A stretch of DNA of 64,000 nt from Eledone cirrhosa (Eukaryota): positions 29,326,001-29,390,000 of the forward strand of contig OZ024762.1 in the NCBI GenBank assembly GCA_964016885.1, written 5' to 3'. The position numbers and the translations under genes are program-made. Shown in pieces: positions 1 to 9,700 of the stretch. Each line of letters begins with the position of its first letter. Within the stretch, counting starts at the first letter, position 1. A model generated the notes under the pieces. That model made no database searches. It saw only the letters and a list, made by a program, of their open reading frames with translations, and was not told the origin of the DNA.

Positions 1-221
1 GGTGGTGGGTTGGCAGTATTGGTAGAGGGTCAGATGTCAGGTTAGGGTGGTGGGTTGGCGGTAAGGGTAGAGGGTCAGACGCCATGTTAGGGTGGTGGGT
101 TGGCAGTATTGGTAGAGGGTCAGATGTCATGTTAGGGTGGTGGGTTGGCAGTATTGGTAGAGGGTCAGACGTCATGTTAGGGTGGTGGGTTGGCAGTATT
201 GGTAGAGGGTCAGATGTCAGG

Positions 222-266
222 TTAGGGTGGTGGGTTGGCAGTAAGGGTAGAGGGTCAGATGTCAGG
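222..266 (+). repeat. Representative AG-type monomer: half A (222-241 TTAGGGTGGTGGGTTGGCAG) plus half B (242-266 TAAGGGTAGAGGGTCAGATGTCAGG)
   Basis: Read directly. The halves match at 11 of their first 14 nt (TTAGGGTGGTGGGT vs TAAGGGTAGAGGGT) and end in TGGCAG vs TGTCAG. Confidence 0.85.
225..254 (+). other. Potential G-quadruplex motif GGG-N4-GGG-N10-GGG-N4-GGG (one per intact AG-type monomer; example shown)
   Basis: GGG TGGT GGG TTGGCAGTAA GGG TAGA GGG. Sequence motif only; the 10-nt central loop exceeds the strict N1-7 rule, and folding is untested. Confidence 0.55.
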
Positions 267-1020
267 TTAGGGTGGTGGGTTGCCAGTATTGGTAGAGGGT
301 CAGATGTCAGGTTAGGGTGGTGGGTTGGCAGTAAGGGTAGAGGGTCAGATGTCATGTTAGGGTGGTGGGTTTGCAGTATTGGTAGAGGGTCAGATGTCAG
401 GTTAGGGTGGTGGGTTGGCAGTATTGGTAGAGGGTCACATGTCAGGTTAGGGTGGTGGTTTGGCAGTATTGGTAGAGGGTCAGATGTCAGGTTAGGGTGG
501 TGGTTTGGCAGTATTGGTAGAGGGTCAGATGTCATGTTAGGGTGGTGGTTTGGCAGTAAGGGTAGAGGGTCAGATGTCATGTTAGGGTGGTGGGTTGGCA
601 GTATTGGTAGAGGGTCAGACGCCATGTTAGGGTGGTGGGTTGGCAGTATTGGTAGAGGGTCAGATGTCATGTTAGGGTGGTGGGTTGGCAGTATTGGTAG
701 AGGGTCAGATGTCATGTTAGGGTGGTGGGTTGGCAGTATTGGTAGAGGGTCAGATGTCAGGTTAGGGTGGTGGGTTGGCAGTAAGGGTAGAGGGTCAGAT
801 GTCAGGTTAGGGTGGTGGGTTGCCAGTATTGGTAGAGGGTCAGATGTCAGGTTAGGGTGGTGGGTTGGCAGTAAGGGTAGAGGGTCAGATGTCAGGTTAG
901 GGTTGTGGGTTGCCAGTATTGGTAGAGGGTCAGATGTCAGGTTAGGGTGGTGGGTTGGCAGTATTGGTAGAGGGTCAGATGTCAGGTTAGGGTGGTGGGT
1001 TGGCAGTATTGGTAGAGGGT

Positions 1021-1335
1021 CAGACGCCATGTTAGGGTGGTGGGTTGGCAGTATTGGTAGAGGGTCAGATGTCATGTTAGGGTGGTGGGTTGGCAGTATT
1101 GGTAGAGGGTCAGATGTCATGTTAGGGTGGTGGGTTGGCAGTATTGGTAGAGGGTCAGATGTCAGGTTAGGGTGGTGGGTTGGCAGTAAGGGTAGAGGGT
1201 CAGATGCCAGGTTAGGGTGGTGGGTTGCCAGTATTGGTAGAGGGTCAGATGTCAGGTTAGGGTGGTGGGTTGGCAGTATTGGTAGAGGGTCAGATGTCAG
1301 GTTAGGGTGGTGGGTTGGCAGTATTGGTAGAGGGT
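1021..1335 (+). repeat. 7-monomer (315-bp) higher-order unit, example copy
   Basis: The CAGACGCCATG marker recurs 315 nt apart at 1021/1336, 2146/2461, 5251/5566, 9166/9481, 18031/18346, 37551/37866, 48080/48395/48710 and 52625/52940/53255, with the same internal monomer order. Confidence 0.85.
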
Positions 1336-1679
1336 CAGACGCCATGTTAGGGTGGTGGGTTGGCAGTATTGGTAGAGGGTCAGATGTCATGTTAGGGTGG
1401 TGGGTTGGCAGTATTGGTAGAGGGTCAGACGTCATGTTAGGGTGGTGGGTTGGCAGTATTGGTAGAGGGTCAGATGTCAGGTTAGGGTGGTGGGTTGGCA
1501 GTAAGGGTAGAGGGTCAGATGTCAGGTTAGGGTGGTGGGTTGCCAGTATTGGTAGAGGGTCAGATGTCAGGTTAGGGTGGTGGGTTGGCAGTATTGGTAG
1601 AGGGTCAGATGTCAGGTTAGGGTGGTGGGTTGGCAGTATTGGTAGAGGGTCAGATGTCAGGTTAGGGTGGTGGGTTGGC

Positions 1680-4600
1680 GGTAAGGGTAGAGGGTCAGAT
1701 GTCAGGTTAGGGTGGTGGGTTGGCAGTATTGGTAGAGGGTCAGATGTCATGTTAGGGTGGTGGGTTGGCAGTATTGGTAGAGGGTCAGATGTCATGTTAG
1801 GGTGGTGGGTTGGCAGTATTGGTAGAGGGTCAGATGTCAGGTTAGGGTGGTGGGTTGGCAGTAAGGGTAGAGGGTCAGATGTCATGTTAGGGTGGTGGGT
1901 TTGCAGTATTGGTAGAGGGTCAGATGTCAGGTTAGGGTGGTGGGTTGGCAGTATTGGTAGAGGGTCACATGTCAGGTTAGGGTGGTGGTTTGGCAGTATT
2001 GGTAGAGGGTCAGATGTCAGGTTAGGGTGGTGGTTTGGCAGTATTGGTAGAGGGTCAGATGTCATGTTAGGGTGGTGGTTTGGCAGTAAGGGTAGAGGGT
2101 CAGATGTCATGTTAGGGTGGTGGGTTGGCAGTATTGGTAGAGGGTCAGACGCCATGTTAGGGTGGTGGGTTGGCAGTATTGGTAGAGGGTCAGATGTCAT
2201 GTTAGGGTGGTGGGTTGGCAGTATTGGTAGAGGGTCAGATGTCATGTTAGGGTGGTGGGTTGGCAGTATTGGTAGAGGGTCAGATGTCAGGTTAGGGTGG
2301 TGGGTTGGCAGTAAGGGTAGAGGGTCAGATGTCAGGTTAGGGTGGTGGGTTGCCAGTATTGGTAGAGGGTCAGATGTCAGGTTAGGGTGGTGGGTTGGCA
2401 GTATTGGTAGAGGGTCAGATGGCAGGTTAGGGTGGTGGGTTGGCAGTATTGGTAGAGGGTCAGACGCCATGTTAGGGTGGTGGGTTGGCAGTATTGGTAG
2501 AGGGTCAGATGTCATGTTAGGGTGGTGGGTTGGCAGTATTGGTAGAGGGTCAGATGTCATGTTAGGGTGGTGGGTTGGCAGTATTGGTAGAGGGTCAGAT
2601 GTCAGGTTAGGGTGGTGGGTTGGCAGTAAGGGTAGAGGGTCAGATGTCAGGTTAGGGTGGTGGGTTGCCAGTATTGGTAGAGGGTCAGATTTCAGGTTAG
2701 GGTGGTGGGTTGGCAGTATTGGTAGAGGGTCAGATGTCAGGTTAGGGTGGTGGGTTGGCAGTATTGGTAGAGGGTCAGATGTCATGTTAGGGTGGTTTGT
2801 TGGCAGTATTGGTAGAGGGTCAGATGTCAGGTTATGGTGGTGGGTTGGCAGTAAGGGTAGAGGGTCAGATGTCAGGTTAGGGTGGTGGGTTGCCAGTATT
2901 GGTAGAGGGTCAGATGTCAGGTTAGGGTGGTGGGTTGGCAGTATTGGTAGAGGGTCCGATGTCAGGTTAGGGTGGTGGGTTGGCAGTAAGGGTAGAGTGT
3001 CAGACACCATGTTAGGGTGGTGGGTTGGCATAAAGGGTAGAGGGTCAGACACCATGTTAGGGTGATGGGTTGGCAGTAAGGGTAGAGGGTCAGATGCCAT
3101 GTTAGGGTGGTGGCTTGGCAGTAAGGGTAGAGGGTCAGATGCCATGTTATGGTGGTGGGTTGGCAGTACGGGTAGAGGGTCAGATGTCATGTTAGGGTGG
3201 TGGTTTGGCAGTAAGGGTAGAGGGTCAGATGTCAGGTTAGGGTGGTGGGTTGTCAATAAGGGTAGAGGGTCAGATGTCAGGTTAGGGTGGTGGGTTGGCA
3301 GTAAGGGTAGAGGGTCAGATGTCAGGTTAGGGTGGTGGGTTGTCAGTAAGGGTAGAGGGTCAGATGTCAGGTTTGGGTGGTGGGTTGTCAGTAAGGGTAG
3401 AGGGTCAGATGTCAGGTTAGGGTGGTGGGTTGGCAGTAAGGGTAGAGGGTCAGATGTCAGGTTAGGGTGGTGGGTTGGCAGTAAGGGTAGAGGGTCAGAT
3501 GTCAGGTTAGGGTGGTGGGTTGGCAGTAAGGGTAGAGGGTCAGATGTCATGTTAGGGTGGTGGGTTGGCAGTAAGGGTAGAGGGTCAGATGTCATGTTAG
3601 GGTGGTGGTTTGGCAGTAAGGGTAGAGGGTCAGACACCATGTTAGGGTGGTGGGTTGGCAGTATTGGTAGAGGGTCAGATGTCATGTTAGGGTGGTGGGT
3701 TGGCAGTATTGGTAGAGGGTCAGATGTCGGGTTAGGGTGGTGGGTTGGCAGTAAGGGTAGAGGGTCAGAAGTCAGGTTAGGGTGGTGGGTTGCCAGTATT
3801 GGTAGAGAGCCAGATGTCAGGTTAGGGTGGTGGGTTGGCAGTATTGGTAGAGGGTCAGATGTCAGGTTAGGGTGGTGGGTTGGCAGTATTGGTAGAGGGT
3901 CAGACGCCATGTTAGGGTGGTGGGTTGGCAGTATTGGTAGAGGGTCAGATGTCATGTTAGGGTGGTGGGTTGGCAGTATTGGTAGAGGGTCAGATGTCAT
4001 GTTAGGGTGGTGGGTTGGCAGTATTGGTAGAGGGTCAGATGTCAGGTTAGGGTGGTGGGTTGGCAGTAAGGGTAGAGGGTCAGATGTCAGGTTAGGGTGG
4101 TGGTTTGGCAGTAAGGGTAGAGGGTCAGATGTCATGTTAGGGTGGTGGGTTGGCAGTATTGGTAGAGGGTCAGACGCCATGTTAGGGTGGTGGGTTGGCA
4201 GTATTGGTAGAGGGTCAGATGTCATGTTAGGGTGGTGGGTTGGCAGTATTGGTAGAGGGTCAGATGTCATGTTAGGGTGGTGGGTTGGCAGTATTGGTAG
4301 AGGGTCAGATGTCAGGTTAGGGTGGTGGGTTGGCAGTAAGGGTAGAGGGTCAGATGTCAGGTTAGGGTGGTGGGTTGCCAGTATTGGTAGAGGGTCAGAT
4401 GTCAGGTTAGGGTGGTGGGTTGGCAGTAAGGGTAGAGGGTCAGATGTCAGGTTAGGGTTGTGGGTTGCCAGTATTGGTAGAGGGTCAGATGTCAGGTTAG
4501 GGTGGTGGGTTGGCAGTATTGGTAGAGGGTCAGATGTCAGGTTAGGGTGGTGGGTTGGCAGTATTGGTAGAGGGTCAGATGTCATGTTAGGGTGGTGGGT

Positions 4601-6750
4601 TGCCAGTATTGGTAGAGGGTCAGATGTCAGGTTAGGGTGATGGGTTGGCAGTATTGGTAGAGGGTCAGATGTCAGGTTAGGGTGGTGGGTTGGCAGTATT
4701 GGTAGAGGGTCAGATGTCAGGTTAGGGTGGTGGGTTGGCGGTAAGGGTAGAGGGTCAGATGTCAGGTTAGGGTGGTGGGTTGGCAGTATTGGTAGAGGGT
4801 CAGATGTCATGTTAGGGTGGTGGGTTGGCAGTATTGGTAGAGGGTCAGATGTCATGTTAGGGTGGTGGGTTGGCAGTATTGGTAGAGGGTCAGATGTCAG
4901 GTTAGGGTGGTGGGTTGGCAGTAAGGGTAGAGGGTCAGATGTCATGTTAGGGTGGTGGGTTTGCAGTATTGGTAGAGGGTCAGATGTCAGGTTAGGGTGG
5001 TGGGTTGGCAGTATTGGTAGAGGGTCACATGTCAGGTTAGGGTGGTGATTTGGCAGTATTGGTAGAGGGTCAGATGTCAGGTTAGGGTGGTGGTTTGGCA
5101 GTATTGGTAGAGGGTCAGATGTCATGTTAGGGTGGTGGTTTGGCAGTAAGGGTAGAGGGTCAGATGTCATGTTAGGGTGGTGGGTTGGCAGGAAGGGTAG
5201 AGGGTCAGATGTCATGTTAGGGTGGTGGGTTGGCAGTATTGGTAGAGGGTCAGACGCCATGTTAGGGTGGTGGGTTGGCAGTATTGGTAGAGGGTCAGAT
5301 GTCATGTTAGGGTGGTGGGTTGGCAGTATTGGTAGAGGGTCAGATGTCATGTTAGGGTGGTGGGTTGGCAGTATTGGTAGAGGGTCAGATGTCAGGTTAG
5401 GGTGGTGGGTTGGCAGTAAGGGTAGAGGGTCAGATGTCAGGTTAGGGTGGTGGGTTGCCAGTATTGGTAGAGGGTCAGATGTCAGGTTAGGGTGGTGGGT
5501 TGGCAGTATTGGTAGAGGGTCAGATGGCAGGTTAGGGTGGTGGGTTGGCAGTATTGGTAGAGGGTCAGACGCCATGTTAGGGTGGTGGGTTGGCAGTATT
5601 GGTAGAGGGTCAGATGTCATGTTAGGGTGGTGGGTTGGCAGTATTGGTAGAGGGTCAGATGTCATGTTAGGGTGGTGGGTTGGCAGTATTGGTAGAGGGT
5701 CAGATGTCAGGTTAGGGTGGTGGGTTGGCAGTAAGGGTAGAGGGTCAGATGTCAGGTTAGGGTGGTGGGTTGCCAGTATTGGTAGAGGGTCAGATGTCAG
5801 GTTAGGGTGGTGGGTTGGCAGTATTGGTAGAGGGTCAGATGTCAGGTTAGGGTGGTGGGTTGGCAGTATTGGTAGAGGGTCAGATGTCATGTTAGGGTGG
5901 TGGGTTGGCAGTATTGGTAGAGGGTCAGATGTCAGGTTATGGTGGTGGGTTGGCAGTAAGGGTAGAGGGTCAGATGTCAGGTTAGGGTGGTGGGTTGCCA
6001 GTATTGGTAGAGGGTCAGATGTCAGGTTAGGGTGGTGGGTTGGCAGTATTGGTAGAGGGTCCGATGTCAGGTTAGGGTGGTGGGTTGGCAGTAAGGGTAG
6101 AGTGTCAGACACCATGTTAGGGTGGTGGGTTGGCATAAAGGGTAGAGGGTCAGACACCATGTTAGGGTGATGGGTTGGCAGTAAGGGTAGAGGGTCAGAT
6201 GCCATGTTAGGGTGGTGTGTTTGCAGTAAGGGTAGAGGGTCAGATGCCATGTTATGGTGGTGGGTTGGCAGTAAGGGTAGAGGGTCAGATGTCATGTTAG
6301 GGTGGTGGTTTGGCAGTAAGGGTAGAGGGTCAGATGTCAGGTTAGGGTGGTGGGTTGTCAATAAGGGTAGAGGGTCAGATGCCAGGTTAGGGTGGTGGGT
6401 TGGCAGTAAGGGTAGAGGGTCAGATGTCAGGTTAGGGTGGTGGGTTGTCAGTAAGGGTAGAGGGTCAGATGTCAGGTTAGGGTGGTGGGTTGTCAGTAAG
6501 GGTAGAGGGTCAGATGTCAGGTTAGGGTGGTGGGTTGGCAGTAAGGGTAGAGGGTCAGATGTCAGGTTAGGGTGGTGGGTTGGCAGTAAGGGTAGAGGGT
6601 CAGATGTCAGGTTAGGGTGGTGGGTTGGCAGTAAGGGTAGAGGGTCAGATGTCATGTTAGGGTGGTGGGTTGGCAGTAAGGGTAGAGGGTCAGATGTCAT
6701 GTTAGGGTGGTGGTTTGGCAGTAAGGGTAGAGGGTCAGACACCATGTTAG
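1680..6750 (+). repeat. Approx. 2-kb segment duplicated at offset 3060-3105 nt (about 1680-3650 vs about 4740-6750)
   Basis: Rare GATGGCAG variant at 2421 and 5526; CCGATG at 2956 and 6061; TGA variant ending 3065 and 6170 (offset 3105 = 69 units). The second copy has one extra unit near 5190. Confidence 0.8.
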
Positions 6751-9700
6751 GGTGGTGGGTTGGCAGTTAGGGTAGAGGGTCAGATGTCATGTTATGGTGG
6801 TGGGTTGGCAGTAAGGGTAGAGGGTCAGATGTCAGGTTAGGGTGGTGGGTTGTCAGTAAGGGTAGAGGGTCAGATGTCAGGTTAGGGTGGTGGGTTGGCA
6901 GTAAGGGTAGAGGGTCAGATGTCATGTTAGGGTGGTGGGTTTGCAGTATTGGTAGAGGGTCAGATGTCAGGTTAGGGTGGTGGGTTGGCAGTATTGGTAG
7001 AGGGTCACATGTCAGGTTAGGGTGGTGGTTTGGCAGTATTGGTAGAGGGTCAGATGTCAGGTTAGGGTGGTGGTTTGGCAGTATTGGTAGAGGGTCAGAT
7101 GTCATGTTAGGGTGGTGGTTTGGCAGTAAGGGTAGAGGGTCAGATGTCATGTTAGGGTGGTGGGTTGGCAGTATTGGTAGAGGGCCAGACGCCATGTTAG
7201 GGTGGTGGGTTGGCAGTATTGGTAGAGGGTCAGATGTCATGTTAGGGTGGTGGGTTGGCAGTATTGGTAGAGGGTCAGATGTCATGTTAGGGTGGTGGGT
7301 TGGCAGTATTGGTAGAGGGTCAGATGTCAGGTTAGGGTGGTGGGTTGGCAGTAAGGGTAGAGGGTCAGATGTCAGGTTAGGGTTGTGGGTTGCCAGTATT
7401 GGTAGAGGGTCAGATGTCAGGTTAGGGTGGTGGGTTGGCAGTATTGGTAGAGGGTCAGATGTCAGGTTAGGGTGGTGGGTTGGCAGTAAGGGTAGAGGGT
7501 CAGATGTCAGGTTAGGGTGGTGGGTTGCCAGTATTGGTAGAGGGTCAGATGTCAGGTTAGGGTGATGGGTTGGCAGTATTGGTAGAGGGTCAGATGTCAG
7601 GTTAGGGTGGTGGGTTGGCAGTATTGGTAGAGGGTCAGATGTCAGGTTAGGGTGGTGGGTTGGCGGTAAGGGTAGAGGGTCAGATGTCAGGTTAGGGTGG
7701 TGGGTTGGCAGTATTGGTAGAGGGTCAGATGTCATGTTAGGGTGGTGGGTTGGCAGTATTGGTAGAGGGTCAGATGTCATGTTAGGGTGGTGGGTTGGCA
7801 GTATTGGTAGAGGGTCAGATGTCAGGTTAGGGTGGTGGGTTGGCAGTAAGGGTAGAGGGTCAGATGTCATGTTAGGGTGGTGGGTTGGCAGTAAGGGTAG
7901 AGGGTCAGATGTCAGGTTAGGGTTGTGGGTTGCCAGTATTGGTAGAGGGTCAGATGTCAGGTTAGGGTGGTGGGTTGGCAGTATTGGTAGAGGGTCAGAT
8001 GTCAGGTTAGGGTGGTGGGTTGGCAGTATTGGTAGAGGGTCAGATGTCATGTTAGGGTGGTGGGTTGGCAGTATTGGTAGAGTGTCAGATGTCATGTTAG
8101 GGTGGTGGGTTGGCAGTATTGGTAGAGGGTCAGATGTCAGGTTAGGGTGGTGGGTTGGCAGTAAGGGTAGAGGGTCAGATGTCAGGTTAGGGTGGTGGGT
8201 TGCCAGTATTGGTAGAGGGTCAGATGTCAGGTTAGGGTGGTGGGTTGGCAGTATTGGTAGAGGGTCAGATGTCAGGTTAGGGTGGTGGGTTGGCAGTATT
8301 GGTAGAGGGTCAGACGCCATGTTAGGGTGGTGGGTTGGCAGTATTGGTAGAGGGTCAGATGTCATGTTAGGGTGGTGGGTTGGCAGTATTGGTAGAGGGT
8401 CAGATGTCATGTTAGGGTGGTGGGTTGGCAGTATTGGTAGAGGGTAAGATGTCAGGTTAGGGTGGTGGGTTGGCAGTAAGGGTAGAGGGTCAGATGTCAG
8501 GTTAGGGTGGTGGGTTGCCAGTATTGGTAGAGGGTCAGATGTCAGGTTAGGGTGGTGGGTTGGCAGTATTGGTAGAGGGTCAGATGTCAGGTTAGGGTGG
8601 TGGGTTGGCAGTATTGGTAGAGGGTCAGATGTCAGGTTAGGGTGGTGGGTTGGCGGTAAGGGTAGAGGGTCAGATGTCAGGTTAGGGTTGTGGGTTGGCA
8701 GTATTGGTAGAGGGTCAGATGTCATGTTAGGGTGTTGGGTTGGCAGTATTGGTAGAGGGTCAGATGTCATGTTAGGGTGGTGGGTTGGCAGTATTGATAG
8801 AGGATCAGAAGTCATGTTAGGGTGGTGGGTTGGCAGTATTGGTAGAGGGTCAGATGTCAGGTTAGGGTGGTGGTTTGGCAGTATTGGTAGAGGGTCAGAT
8901 GTCATGTTAGGGTGGTCGGTTTGCAGTATTGGTAGAGGGTCAGATGTCAGGTTAGGGTGGTGGGTTGGCAGTATTGGTAGAGGGTCACATGTCAGGTTAG
9001 GGTGGTGGTTTGGCAGTATTGGTAGAGGGTCAGATGTCAGGTTAGGGTGGTGGTTTGGCAGTATTGGTAGAGGGTCAGATGTCATGTTAGGGTGGTGGTT
9101 TGTCACTAAGGGTAGAGGGTCAGATGTCATGTTAGGGTGGTGGGTTGGCAGTATTGGTAGAGGGTCAGACGCCATGTTAGGGTGGTGGGTTGGCAGTATT
9201 GGTAGAGGGTCAGATGTCATGTTAGGGTGGTGGGTTGGCAGTATTGGTAGAGGGTCAGATGTCATGTTAGGGTGGTGGGTTGGCAGTATTGGTAGAGGGT
9301 CAGATGTCAGGTTAGTGTGGTGGGTTGGCAGTAAGGGTAGAGGGTCAGATATCAGGTTAGGGTGGTGGGTTGCCAGTATTGGTAGAGGGTCAGATGTCAG
9401 GTTAGGGTGGTGGGTTGGCAGTATTGGTAGAGGGTCAGATGTCAGGTTAGGGTGGTGGGTTGGCAGTATTGGTAGAGGGTCAGACGCCATGTTAGGGTGG
9501 TGGGTTGGCAGTATTGGTAGAGGGTCAGATGTCATGTTAGGGTGGTGTGTTTGCAGTAAGGGTAGAGGGTCAGATGCCATGTTATGGTGGTGGGTTGGCA
9601 GTAAGGGTAGAGGGTCAGATGTCATGTTAGGGTGGTGGTTTGGCAGTAAGGGTAGAGGGTCAGATGTCAGGTTAGGGTGGTGGGTTGTCAATAAGGGTAG

